From NCBI GenBank assembly GCA_043814965.1, contig JBDRJN010000014.1, positions 3,084 through 67,083 of the forward strand: a stretch of 64,000 nt of DNA. The letters run 5' to 3'. This document shows, piece after piece, positions 1 through 9,741 of the stretch (position 1 is the stretch's first letter; every line of letters starts with the position of its first letter). Position numbers and translations under genes: made by a program. Under the pieces are notes generated by a model, which ran no database searches, was not told the origin of the DNA, and saw only the letters and a list, made by a program, of their open reading frames with translations. This stretch comes from Candidatus Omnitrophota bacterium (GTDB taxonomy: Bacteria; Omnitrophota; Gorgyraeia; Gorgyraeales; Gorgyraeaceae).

Positions 1-390
1 GAGACCAGATATGGGGGGTTTCCTGTTGTTGATAAAAATAGAAAGATTATCGGTATGATCACAAAAGCGGAGATCCTTAGCGTATTACTGCCAGATTATT
101 TTGATCTACTGGGCGATAACATCATGTTTATAGATGATTTTGGTACATTGGATGAGGAGTTTGAGTCACTCCCGACGTTCGAACTGTTTATAGCAGAAGA
201 TATCATGAAAAAAGGCGCGGTTACGGTAGAAGAAGATGCCTCTCTTTTGAAGGTAGTCGCGATGATGAGAAAAAAGAATGTCCGCAGGATATTGGTCGAA
301 AAAGACGGAGTCTTAAAAGGGATAATAACAAGAAGTGATATATGTAAGGCCTTTTTTGAAAATGGAGATATGTTAAAAGATGATAAGTAG
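1..390 (+). CDS. CBS-domain protein, C-terminal part (5' end truncated by window edge)
   Basis: Frame is open from base 1 through to the ATG at 55. The PVVDKNRKIIGMITKAEIL and ILVEKDGVLKGIITRSDI segments are typical tandem CBS motifs. It overlaps the start of the downstream permease by 11 nt. Confidence 0.55.
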   Translation, partial: ETRYGGFPVVDKNRKIIGMITKAEILSVLLPDYFDLLGDNIMFIDDFGTLDEEFESLPTFELFIAEDIMKKGAVTVEEDASLLKVVAMMRKKNVRRILVEKDGVLKGIITRSDICKAFFENGDMLKDDK

Positions 391-1657
391 CATAATCGCA
401 TCATTAATAATGCTGGCAGCGCTTTATTTTATTGTCACTGAAAAACTGGACAAAGTGATAGCTGTCTCCAGCTGCGCGCTGCTTATGGTTATCACTGGGC
501 ATATACTGGGTTTTTACTCGCAGAGAAAAGCGCTAAGCGCAATAGATTTTAATACATTAGGCCTTATCTTAGGCATGATGATATTGGTCTCTGTCCTTAA
601 AAGAACAGGATTTTTTACATATCTTGCAATAAGCCTTGCAAAGCTATCAAAAGGAAAACCATTGAACCTTATGGTAATAATGGGCATATCTACCGCGTTT
701 TTATCTATGCTGGTAGACAATGTCACGACAATCGTTATTATAGGCCCTATCACTATCCTTGTCTGTGACATATTGGGAATAACGCCGTTACCGATCTTGA
801 TGGCAGAGATATTTTTGTCTCTCATAGGAGGAGTAGGGACATTGGTAGGGGATCCTCCTAATATGCTTATAGGTTCTGCGAGCGGGCATAGCTTTAATGA
901 TTTTTTGAAGAACCTTTTTCCCGTGACTTGTGTTACGATATTCTTTTCACTTTTTATACTTAGGTTTATCCACAGGAAGCATCTCTCTGAAAAATCCAGG
1001 AATTTTCAATCAGTTATGAAAATAGACCCCGGGAAGGCAATAAGGAATAAGGCTGGTATGAAAAGATGTTTGCTTGTCCTGGGGATAACATTTGTACTTT
1101 TTTTCTTACACGAGAAACTCCATCTTTACCCTTCATTTATAACTTTGTTTGGCGCAGGGCTTGCATTTGTGCTTTTGAGGCCGGATCCTGAAGAGATCTT
1201 CCATGATGTGGAGTGGCCGGTCCTTGTGTTCTTGGCATGTTTTTTTGTGATTGTCGAAGGCCTTCACGAGACGGGTTTACTTACTTTATTTGCAGAAAAG
1301 ACCTCAGGCCTTGCATCGGTAAACTTTAAGTTGTATAAGATAATGTTGCTATGGGTGACCGGGTTTTTATCTTCCATGATAGGCGCGGTACCATTTAGCA
1401 TGATAATGATACCTATCATAAAAAGCCTTAGCGTGTTAGGCATAGATATAAGTTCTCTCTGGTGGATCCTTGCCATGGGAGTAGGTTTTGGCGCTAATGG
1501 CCTTCCGGTCGGTCATACAGCAAGTATACTGGGCATAGCCATAAGCAAAAAATCAAGAAGCCCTATTGATATAAAGACATGGCTGAAGTCAGCTATTGTT
1601 ATAACAGTTGCATCACTGCTATTTGTGACAGTACTGATATTAGTAGGCATATTTTAA
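380..1657 (+). CDS. ArsB/NhaD-superfamily permease (anion/Na+ transporter family)
   Basis: 425 aa polytopic membrane protein. The GDPPNMLIG motif and the hydrophobic repeat pattern are characteristic of the ArsB/NhaD/CitMHS permease fold. A CBS protein sits upstream. Confidence 0.55.
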   Translation: MISSIIASLIMLAALYFIVTEKLDKVIAVSSCALLMVITGHILGFYSQRKALSAIDFNTLGLILGMMILVSVLKRTGFFTYLAISLAKLSKGKPLNLMVIMGISTAFLSMLVDNVTTIVIIGPITILVCDILGITPLPILMAEIFLSLIGGVGTLVGDPPNMLIGSASGHSFNDFLKNLFPVTCVTIFFSLFILRFIHRKHLSEKSRNFQSVMKIDPGKAIRNKAGMKRCLLVLGITFVLFFLHEKLHLYPSFITLFGAGLAFVLLRPDPEEIFHDVEWPVLVFLACFFVIVEGLHETGLLTLFAEKTSGLASVNFKLYKIMLLWVTGFLSSMIGAVPFSMIMIPIIKSLSVLGIDISSLWWILAMGVGFGANGLPVGHTASILGIAISKKSRSPIDIKTWLKSAIVITVASLLFVTVLILVGIF

Positions 1658-1663
1658 TATCCC

Positions 1664-2659
1664 ATGAAGATACTATATCTAGTTAAATATCTTTTTATAC
1701 CATTTTCCATAGTTTATTATCTAATAGTATCTCTTCGTAATTTTTTTTATGATACAAGTATTTTTAAAAGATATTCATTTAAGAATAAAGTAATAAGTGT
1801 AGGCAACATCACGTGGGGCGGGACAGGGAAGACCCCTCTGGCGATATATATAACCAGATTGCTTTTAGACAACAATAAAAAACCAGCAATACTTATTCGG
1901 GGTTATGGTGAGGATGAATACAAGCTTTTTTCTAGGCTGATACCGGATGTACCTGTAGGGGTGGGCAAAGACAGGATCAAGGAAGGAAAAAGATTATTAA
2001 CACATTCTTCTATAGATACATTTGTGCTAGATGATGGTTTTCAACATAGAAGGATCGATAGGGACTTGGATATAGTTTGCATAGACAGCCTGGATCCTTT
2101 TGGTAATGATCTATTGATCCCTGCTGGTTCAATGAGAGAGCCTCTCATGTCTCTTAGCAGGGGAGACATCTTTTTAATAACAAAAGTGGACCTCTGCGCC
2201 AGCAAAAAAAGATCGGATGATCTAGTAAAAAAACTAAAGAGTATAAATCCAAAAGCCATTATAGCAAAGGCTGTTTATAGGCTGGATTATTTTTATGACA
2301 TTAAAGATGGCTCAAAGATAGATGGATCTAAGCTGAGGAATAAAGAACTTGTCCTTGTCTCAGGCATTGCAAGCCCCAGGTCATTCGAAAATACTATATT
2401 GAACCTGGGGATGAAGATCAAAAAGCATTTTGCATTTAGAGACCATTATTTTTATAGCGGTATTAACCTGAAGAGGATAGAGGAGTTTTGCAGGGCTAAT
2501 AATATAGACGGTTTTATTGTCACGGAAAAGGATGCTGTCAAGATAAAGCCGATCGCAGAAAAAAGCAATGTAAAAATATACGTAGCTTCTATCTCGCTTG
2601 AGATCATTGAGAATAAAGATGAATTCCATAATAGACTTTTTACTATTTATAATAGTTAA
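1664..2659 (+). CDS. lpxK: tetraacyldisaccharide 4'-kinase
   Basis: The VISVGNITWGGTGKTPLAIYITRLL P-loop matches the LpxK signature GN(L/I)TxGGTGKTP. Length is 331 aa. Confidence 0.85.
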   Translation: MKILYLVKYLFIPFSIVYYLIVSLRNFFYDTSIFKRYSFKNKVISVGNITWGGTGKTPLAIYITRLLLDNNKKPAILIRGYGEDEYKLFSRLIPDVPVGVGKDRIKEGKRLLTHSSIDTFVLDDGFQHRRIDRDLDIVCIDSLDPFGNDLLIPAGSMREPLMSLSRGDIFLITKVDLCASKKRSDDLVKKLKSINPKAIIAKAVYRLDYFYDIKDGSKIDGSKLRNKELVLVSGIASPRSFENTILNLGMKIKKHFAFRDHYFYSGINLKRIEEFCRANNIDGFIVTEKDAVKIKPIAEKSNVKIYVASISLEIIENKDEFHNRLFTIYNS

Positions 2660-4589
2660 GGCGATCGGGCTGCTGTTGTCCTTTTTGCCTTTAGGCCTTT
2701 CTCTCTTTATAGGGCGAAGGCTGGGGGATATGGCATATCTTGTAAATTCAAAAAGAAGGTCTATCGCATATGCCAATCTAAAGGCTAGCTTCCCTGACAA
2801 AAAAAGAAAAGAGCTTAAAGAGATAGCCAGGTCCCATTACAGAAATCTGGGGATGAATATCATAGAGCTTTTAAAGTTTCCGCAGATGAGCCCTTCTTAT
2901 CTAAAAAGACATATTGAGTTTAGGGGCACGGAAAATACCGAAAAAGCGATTTCACAAGAAAAAGGCGTAATATTATTGACAGCTCACTTTGGAAATTGGG
3001 AGATATCTTCTCTTGCTTCAAATAGTCTTGGATACAAGATGAGCGTTTTTGCAAGGGAACAAAAATATAAAAAACTAGATAACCTGCTTAATCGATATAG
3101 GCAATTAACAGGATGTAAGGTTGTAACAAAGGGTTTTTCTGTAAGAGATATTATAAAAACGCTTAAAGATAATGGCATTGTCGCGATGCTGGCTGATCAG
3201 GATGCAGGAGCTAATGGAGTATTTGTTGATTTTTTTGGAAGAAGGGCTTCCGCGGCTACAGGCCCTATAGTCTTTGGCCAGAAGACGGGAGCAGTGATAC
3301 TGCCTTCTTTCGCAAGAAGAAAGGATGATCTTGATCATTTTGTAGAGATCAATAGACCCTTTGAGCTTATAGATACAAAAGATAAAGAAAAAGATCTCAA
3401 GGCAAATTTAGAAAACCTGAATAAGATCCTGGAGGGGTATATAACAAGATTTCCTGACCAATGGCTTTGGTCTCACAAGAGATGGAAGAGTTCTCCTGAC
3501 AGGAAAGTGCTTTTATTGAGCGATGGAAAGGCAGGGCACCTTAACCAGTCTTTGTCAGCAGCTGACCTGGTAAAGGACGCATTGCGTAGAAGACTCGATA
3601 GGAAGGGCATAAAAGAAAATGAGATCGTAGATATAAAAATCTGTGAGATTGAGTTTAAAAATAGGTTTACCAGGATATTTTTGGATATTGCAAGCGTATT
3701 TTCCGGCAGGCGCTGCCAAGGCTGTATGAGGTGTTTAAAGTTTTCCCTTACAAAAGAATCTTTTAAACGTGTCGCGGCCCAATATGCCGATATTGTGGTC
3801 TCGTGCGGGTCATCCCTGGCATCTGTAAATATATTTTTGAAATACGAGAACAATGCTAAAAACTGTATAATCATGAAACCAGGTTTCTATAATCGCGGCA
3901 AATTTGATAGGGTTATGATCTCAAAACATGATATGCCTTTTAAAAAGAGCCCTAACTTAGTTATTACAGAACTTCCGCTGAACAATATTACAAATATAGA
4001 GATGGATAAGAAAACCTCTGATGTGTTTGGGGAAGATATCGCTAAAGGCGGGGTAGGATTATTGGTAGGAGGCGATGCAAAAGGTTTTAGCCTGGATAAA
4101 GAATATACTGAAAGGCTCTTGGAAGCAGCCTTAAGGATATGCAAAGATAGATCACTAGGCTTATTTGTAACTACTTCTAGAAGGACCCCAGTCGAAATAG
4201 AAATGTATCTTAAAGACAAGCTTAAGGATGATGTATTATGTAGATCTCTTGTAATAGCTAACAAAGGTAATGTACAGGGCATAGTACCTGCGATATTAGG
4301 GGTAAGCGATATTATTTTGACAACACCAGATTCAGTATCTATGATCTCAGAGGCTGTCTCTTCAGGGAAATATGTAGTGGTTATAAAAGAGCATAAAAGT
4401 AAAATTAGACAGGGGCATGAGAATAAGTACGATAGGATCATAGCTAACTTGGAAAGAGACGGATACATAGAGACAGCTTATCCTTCTGGTATTTACGACA
4501 AGATAGCATATCTTCTAAAAAATAGGCCCAAGATCAAGGTTTTAAAAGATAGGGACATAGTGAGAGATTCTTTGGAATCAATATTATGA
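2598..4589 (+). CDS. lipid A biosynthesis acyltransferase (LpxL/HtrB family) fused to a C-terminal ELM1/DUF1022-like domain
   Basis: The N-terminal approx 300 aa carry ILLTAHFGNWE and MLADQDAG, as in LpxL/LpxM. From about nt 3500 the segment KVLLLSDGKAGHLNQSL matches the DGKAGhxNQslG start of the PF06258 (ELM1/DUF1022) family. The start is uncertain; 2598 overlaps the end of lpxK, and 2619 is an alternative ATG. Confidence 0.7.
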   Translation: MRSLRIKMNSIIDFLLFIIVKAIGLLLSFLPLGLSLFIGRRLGDMAYLVNSKRRSIAYANLKASFPDKKRKELKEIARSHYRNLGMNIIELLKFPQMSPSYLKRHIEFRGTENTEKAISQEKGVILLTAHFGNWEISSLASNSLGYKMSVFAREQKYKKLDNLLNRYRQLTGCKVVTKGFSVRDIIKTLKDNGIVAMLADQDAGANGVFVDFFGRRASAATGPIVFGQKTGAVILPSFARRKDDLDHFVEINRPFELIDTKDKEKDLKANLENLNKILEGYITRFPDQWLWSHKRWKSSPDRKVLLLSDGKAGHLNQSLSAADLVKDALRRRLDRKGIKENEIVDIKICEIEFKNRFTRIFLDIASVFSGRRCQGCMRCLKFSLTKESFKRVAAQYADIVVSCGSSLASVNIFLKYENNAKNCIIMKPGFYNRGKFDRVMISKHDMPFKKSPNLVITELPLNNITNIEMDKKTSDVFGEDIAKGGVGLLVGGDAKGFSLDKEYTERLLEAALRICKDRSLGLFVTTSRRTPVEIEMYLKDKLKDDVLCRSLVIANKGNVQGIVPAILGVSDIILTTPDSVSMISEAVSSGKYVVVIKEHKSKIRQGHENKYDRIIANLERDGYIETAYPSGIYDKIAYLLKNRPKIKVLKDRDIVRDSLESIL

Positions 4590-6721
4590 ATATACTGCAG
4601 ATCCTTCCAGCGCTTGAAGTAGGCGGAGTTGAGACAGGGACCATCGATCTATCCCGTGAACTTATGAAACGGGGCCACAATGTCATCGTTGTCTCTAATG
4701 GCGGTAAGATGGTAAAGCATCTTGTAGACATGGAAGCCCGCCATATCAAGCTGCCTGTACACAAAAAGTCACTAGTGACTATTATAAAGATGATAAAGAG
4801 ATTAAGGTATATTATACAAGAAGAAAATGTAGATATTGTGCATGCAAGATCCAGGGTCCCTGCCATAATAGCTTTTTTTGCTGCACGTTCTACAAGAGCG
4901 AACTTTATAACAACAGCGCATGGTTATTATTCTACGCATCTATTGAGCAAGGTGATGGGATGGGGTAAATTTGTGATCGTCGCATCAACTATCATGGGAA
5001 GGCACATGATAGAGAATTTTAAAGTCCCTCATGAAAGGTTAAGGTTTATACCCAGGGGCGTTGACCTTGAAGGCTTTAATTTTAATCCACCGGATCAATC
5101 AGATGCAAAATCGGAATATAAGATAGGTATAGTAGGCAGGATCACTCCGATAAAAGGGCATAGTTTTTTCTTGCAGTCTATCGCAAGAGTAATAAGGATA
5201 TTTCCTAAAGTAAAGATCCTTATCGTAGGCGACGCGCCTAAGGAAAAGCCTGAATACAGGCGTAATCTGGAACTTCTTATAAAAAAACTTGATATAGAAA
5301 GATTTGTTGAGTTCCTGGGCTCCAGGGATGACATGCCTAAAATTATGTCTTCTCTTGATCTATTGGTCTCTTCTTCTGTGGGGCAGGAGGCATTTGGAAG
5401 AGTAATAATTGAAGCAGGCGCAAGCGGTGTGCCTGTTGTGAGTACGCGTATAGGAGGAGTTGTAGATATAATCGAGGATAACAAGACAGGCCTTTTAGTA
5501 AAACCTGGTGATATAAAAGAGATGGTGGATGCTATATTAAAAGTTTTAAAGGACAGGAATCTTGCCAGGAACCTTGCAATCGAAGCAAGAAAAAAGGTAG
5601 AAAAGGAATACAATCTTAATGCTATGGCAGAGCGTACTATCAAAGTCTATGAAGAAGCGATAGATAAGAAGCGGATATTGGTCATAAAACTTGGGGCAAT
5701 AGGGGATGTCATACTTTCCGTCCCGAGCCTAAAACTCTTAAGGAATAATTTTCCCAATGCCTTTATAAGCGTATTAGTGGGGAATGAGTCCAGGCATATA
5801 TTGAAAAAGTGTCCATACATAGACGATATAATACTATATGACAATAGATCCAGCAGCAACATAAGGTCTCTTGTAAAGATATCCAATACAATAAGATCCA
5901 AGGGGTTTGATATGTCCATAGACTTGCAGAATAATAAAATAAGTCATTTTATAGCCTGGTTCAGTTTTATACCTATGAGATCTGGTTATGATAATAAAAA
6001 ACTCGGGTTTTTGCTTAATAATGGTATCAAGTATTTAAATATCGCTTCCGGCCCCATAGAAGAACAATTCAGGATCCTCAAAAAAGCGGGGTGTGATACA
6101 TCATCAGCCTCGAGGAGATTGGAATTATGGCCTTCCAGGGAAGATTTTCTGTATGTGGACAATTTTTTAAAAAGTGAATGGATAGGTGAGGGCCAGGTAC
6201 TCATCGGGATAAATATAGGAGGAAGCTGGAAGACAAAAAGATGGCCTAAAAGAAATATCGCAAGGCTTATTGATATGTTTGCTTCAAAACATATAAGAGT
6301 TGTCATAACTGGCGCGGAGAATGAAAAGGCCTTGGCAGAAGAACTCAAGTGTATCACAAAATCAAAGATCATAGATGCGGTCTCAAAGATAGACATATTA
6401 CAGCTGGCTAGCCTTATAAAAAGGTGTAAAGTATATATTACCGGAGATAGCGCTCCTATGCATATAGCTTCGGCTATGGGAGTAGAGTTTATAGCACTGT
6501 TTGGGCCGACAGACCCCAGGAGGCATGTTGAGCCAACAGCTAAGGCGGCTGTTATAAAAAAAGACCTGGCCTGTGCACCTTGCTATAGGTCAAAGTGCAA
6601 GAATATCATCTGTATGGATAAGATCAGCGTAGATGAGATATATAGATTGGTGATGGAAAAAATAGGAGATAATAAATCCGAAATCCGAAATCAGAAATCC
6701 GAAACAGATCCAAGATCTTGA
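4586..6721 (+). CDS. bifunctional glycosyltransferase: N-terminal GT4 (GT-B) domain fused to a C-terminal GT9 heptosyltransferase domain
   Basis: The N-terminus has ILPALEVGGVETGTIDL and the EAFGRVIIEAGASGVPVV EX7E-like region (GT4). From about nt 5670 it has ILVIKLGAIGDVILSVP and GDSAPMHIASAMGVEFIALFGPTDP, as in WaaC/WaaF/RfaQ-type GT9. The last 15 codons overlap a heptamer repeat. Confidence 0.7.
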   Translation: MNILQILPALEVGGVETGTIDLSRELMKRGHNVIVVSNGGKMVKHLVDMEARHIKLPVHKKSLVTIIKMIKRLRYIIQEENVDIVHARSRVPAIIAFFAARSTRANFITTAHGYYSTHLLSKVMGWGKFVIVASTIMGRHMIENFKVPHERLRFIPRGVDLEGFNFNPPDQSDAKSEYKIGIVGRITPIKGHSFFLQSIARVIRIFPKVKILIVGDAPKEKPEYRRNLELLIKKLDIERFVEFLGSRDDMPKIMSSLDLLVSSSVGQEAFGRVIIEAGASGVPVVSTRIGGVVDIIEDNKTGLLVKPGDIKEMVDAILKVLKDRNLARNLAIEARKKVEKEYNLNAMAERTIKVYEEAIDKKRILVIKLGAIGDVILSVPSLKLLRNNFPNAFISVLVGNESRHILKKCPYIDDIILYDNRSSSNIRSLVKISNTIRSKGFDMSIDLQNNKISHFIAWFSFIPMRSGYDNKKLGFLLNNGIKYLNIASGPIEEQFRILKKAGCDTSSASRRLELWPSREDFLYVDNFLKSEWIGEGQVLIGINIGGSWKTKRWPKRNIARLIDMFASKHIRVVITGAENEKALAEELKCITKSKIIDAVSKIDILQLASLIKRCKVYITGDSAPMHIASAMGVEFIALFGPTDPRRHVEPTAKAAVIKKDLACAPCYRSKCKNIICMDKISVDEIYRLVMEKIGDNKSEIRNQKSETDPRS

Positions 6722-6786
6722 TCTGCAAATGACAAGGATATTATTATTTAAAATTTTCGGATTTTGATATTCGAGTTTCGAATTTT
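6674..6786. repeat. inverted arrays of tandem GAAATCC heptamers (hairpin-forming element) overlapping the 3' end of the GT4-GT9 gene
   Basis: The 5' arm (AAATCCG)x2 AAATCAG AAATCCG AAAC (6674-6705) lies inside the last 15 codons. The central palindrome AGATCCAAGATCTTGATCT is at 6706-24. The complementary 3' arm TTTTCGGATTTTGATATTCGAGTTTCGAATTTT is at 6754-86. Confidence 0.7.
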
Positions 6787-6792
6787 AACTAT

Positions 6793-7902
6793 ATGCGTAT
6801 TTTATTATTGACTACACATCTGAATATAGGAGGGATCAGTAGTTATACTGTAAGCCTGGCTAAAATGCTTAAGGCAAACGGAAAAGAAGTCTATGTTGCT
6901 TCAAGCGGAGGAGTGTTGGTATCGGAATTGACGCAAGGAGGAGTATCCCATATAAAAATAGATATCCTGACGAAATCTGAATTAAGCTTGAAAGTATTTA
7001 AGTCCGCGCTTGAAATATATAAAATTGTCAAGACGCTGGGCATTGATATTGTACATGCTCAGACTAGAGTGACCCAGATAGTAGGTTTTCTTGTATCGAG
7101 GATGTCCAAGGTTAAATATATCTCTACATGTCATGGATTTTTCAATACTAACCTAGGAAGAAGGATTTTGCCTGCATGGGGGGATAGGGTTATAGCTATA
7201 AGCGAAGCTGTCAGTAAACACCTGAAAGATGATTTTAAGGTGGAGGATAATAGGATCTCCCTTGTATATAATGGCATAGATGTAAAAAGATTTGTGAGAA
7301 GTATAAGCGATGAGGAAAAGAATAACCTAAGAGAAAAATTTGGAATAAAAAAGGATGTCTTTATCCTGGGTACTATAGCCAGATTTACCCCTGATAAAGG
7401 CCATGACATCATATTATATGCCCTTATTAAAATACTTAAAGAGATCCCTAATGTTGTGGTTGTATTTGTTGGAGATGGTAAAGAGAGAGGCAAGATAATA
7501 GACTTAGCGCAGAGTTTCTATCTTTTAGACAAAGTGGTCTTTATAAAACCACAGATACATACTATAGGTATATTATCCATCATGGATATATTTATGTTTA
7601 CTCCCAGAAGAAAAGAAGGGCTGGGCCTGTCTTTACTTGAAGCCTTGGCCATGGGAAAACCTGCTGTAGCTACTAGCGTAGGCGGCATATGCAATGTAAT
7701 AGAAAATGGCGTCAATGGATTTTTAGTGGAGCCTTCAAGGCCGGAACTATTGGTCGAGCCTGTTGTAAGGCTTTTAACTGACAAAGAACTTTATAAAAAG
7801 ATGTCCCGTGCTGGCAGGGAGACGGTTGTGCAAAGATTTTCCATTAACGGGATGGTCAATAAGGTCGAGGCTATATACGATGAGGTAATAAGGGGATTTT
7901 GA
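6793..7902 (+). CDS. glycosyltransferase family 4 (GT-B)
   Basis: The MRILLLTTHLNIGGISSY start and the EGLGLSLLEALAMGKPAVATSVGG motif indicate GT4. Confidence 0.75.
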   Translation: MRILLLTTHLNIGGISSYTVSLAKMLKANGKEVYVASSGGVLVSELTQGGVSHIKIDILTKSELSLKVFKSALEIYKIVKTLGIDIVHAQTRVTQIVGFLVSRMSKVKYISTCHGFFNTNLGRRILPAWGDRVIAISEAVSKHLKDDFKVEDNRISLVYNGIDVKRFVRSISDEEKNNLREKFGIKKDVFILGTIARFTPDKGHDIILYALIKILKEIPNVVVVFVGDGKERGKIIDLAQSFYLLDKVVFIKPQIHTIGILSIMDIFMFTPRRKEGLGLSLLEALAMGKPAVATSVGGICNVIENGVNGFLVEPSRPELLVEPVVRLLTDKELYKKMSRAGRETVVQRFSINGMVNKVEAIYDEVIRGF

Positions 7903-8672
7903 TGAAAAAAAAGAATTCGGTTATTTTAGTATTGCTTGTGATTATGCTGGTGGTTTTTTTATGGGGTAGGGAGCAATATGCCGTACCTATCATCATGTAT
8001 CATAATATAGACCAGAATAGCGCTTCTTCCAGGCTTAGCGTATCCCCGGAAAACTTTGAAAGGCAGATGTCTTTTTTAAAAAGGAATGACTATAATGTCG
8101 TCGAACTCAGCAAGATATCAGATCTAATAAGAAATAACGAGGTACCTTACAAGACTATCGCTATAACTTTCGATGACGGATATGAAAATAATTATAAATA
8201 TGCATTCCCTATTTTAAAAAAGTATGGCTTACCTGCCACTATCTTTATAGCTCCTGGCGTGATAGGCAAGGAGGGCTATATGACCTGGGAACAGGTCATC
8301 GAGATGTCAGATAGCGATGTTGTATCTATAGGGAGCCATTCCATGAATCACGCGTATCTTCCGCATATCCAAAAGTATTATCTAGATCTAGAAATAAAAG
8401 GGTCTAAAGATTTAATAGAGAGGTATATAAAAAAGAAAGTATATTCGTTTAGTTATCCTGTTGGAGGTTTCAATGACTATGTAAGGAATCTTGTGGTCAG
8501 GGCTGGCTACAAGATAGCAGTAGCTACTAATCCGGGTAAAAAATATCCCAAGCATGATATATTTGCCATGAAAAGGCTTCGTATCTCAAATACATCTGAT
8601 AATCTGTTTGTATTTTGGATAGAGACTTCTGGTTTTTACACATGGATAAAAGAACATAGAGATGATGATTGA
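7899..8672 (+). CDS. polysaccharide deacetylase (NodB-homology domain)
   Basis: ITFDDGYENNYKYAFPILKKYGLPATIFI and GSHSMNHAYL match NodB motifs. An N-terminal TM helix is present. Confidence 0.7.
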   Translation: MMKKKNSVILVLLVIMLVVFLWGREQYAVPIIMYHNIDQNSASSRLSVSPENFERQMSFLKRNDYNVVELSKISDLIRNNEVPYKTIAITFDDGYENNYKYAFPILKKYGLPATIFIAPGVIGKEGYMTWEQVIEMSDSDVVSIGSHSMNHAYLPHIQKYYLDLEIKGSKDLIERYIKKKVYSFSYPVGGFNDYVRNLVVRAGYKIAVATNPGKKYPKHDIFAMKRLRISNTSDNLFVFWIETSGFYTWIKEHRDDD

Positions 8673-9669
8673 TCACATGAAACGTATTTTAGTAGTCAAT
8701 GTAAATTGGGTCGGAGATACTATATTTGCCACTCCTTTTATAAGATCTCTCAGGGAGACGTTTCCTCAGAGTTTTATTGCAGTGCTCACTCATCCCAGGT
8801 GCAAGGAGATACTTAGGGGAAACCCTAGCATAGACGAGGTGATATTGTTTGATGAAAAAAGTTGGAATCTTTTTAGAAGATTTTATATCATACCGCTTTT
8901 GAGGTCAAAAAAGTTTGATACCGCTTTTATATTGCGTAAGTCTTTGTCAAGGACGCTGCTGCTTAAATTATCCAGTATCCCCGAGAGGATAGGATATAGT
9001 AATAATAAAGCAGGTTTTTTATTGACAAAAAATGTCCCTGAACCAGGAAAGGTATTGCATAAGGTAGAGTATTTTTTAGGGCTTTTAAGGTCTATCGGCA
9101 TAAAACCAGGAAGCATAAGATATGAATTTTTTATAAATGAATCCGACAGAAAAGAGGCGTTGGAGCTGCTAAATTCTTTTGGGATAAAAGACAGCGAGGA
9201 TTTTATTGTTATCAATCCAGGCGGCAATTGGGATCTCAAGAGATGGCCGTTGGAATACTTTGCAGAATTAGGAGATGAGATATTCGATAGATTTCATATA
9301 AAAGTTGTCTTGAGCGGCGCATCAAAGGATATAGGATTATGCAATAAGATATCAAACCTGATGAAAACCAAACCTATCTTATTATGCGGAAAAACAAGCC
9401 TAAAGACACTAGGGGCGATCTTTGAAAGAGCAAAATATGTCATATCCGGCGATTCAGGGCCTATGCATATAGCAGTCAGCGCGGGTGCTAATGTAATAGC
9501 TTTGTTTGGCCCTACTTCCAGCGCTATAACAGGCCCTTATGGCGAGGGTAAGTATAAGGTCATTGAAAAGGAGATCGCCTGCAAAAAACCGTGTTATGAG
9601 CTTTCATGCAGTGATAATAGGTGCATGAAAGATATAACCGTAGAAGACGTTCTGAAGGAACTAAGGTAA
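8662..9669 (+). CDS. ADP-heptose:LPS heptosyltransferase (GT9)
   Basis: RILVVNVNWVGDTIFATP and GDSGPMHIAVSAGANVIALFGPTS match GT9. Confidence 0.75.
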   Translation: MMIDHMKRILVVNVNWVGDTIFATPFIRSLRETFPQSFIAVLTHPRCKEILRGNPSIDEVILFDEKSWNLFRRFYIIPLLRSKKFDTAFILRKSLSRTLLLKLSSIPERIGYSNNKAGFLLTKNVPEPGKVLHKVEYFLGLLRSIGIKPGSIRYEFFINESDRKEALELLNSFGIKDSEDFIVINPGGNWDLKRWPLEYFAELGDEIFDRFHIKVVLSGASKDIGLCNKISNLMKTKPILLCGKTSLKTLGAIFERAKYVISGDSGPMHIAVSAGANVIALFGPTSSAITGPYGEGKYKVIEKEIACKKPCYELSCSDNRCMKDITVEDVLKELR

Positions 9670-9741
9670 GCATGGCAGAGCTTAAGATCATGTCTGCCAG
9701 CCTTCGCGGGTAGATCAAGAAAGGTTTTTTACAGCTTATAT

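Noticed and set aside
9670-9730. Hairpin CATGGCAGAG..TCTGCCAG after the heptosyltransferase stop codon as an intrinsic terminator
   Set aside because: The stem is only 7-8 bp and the nearest T-tract (9722-9730) is separated by about 20 nt. This is too weak to call. The adjacent 19-bp IR element is the more striking feature.
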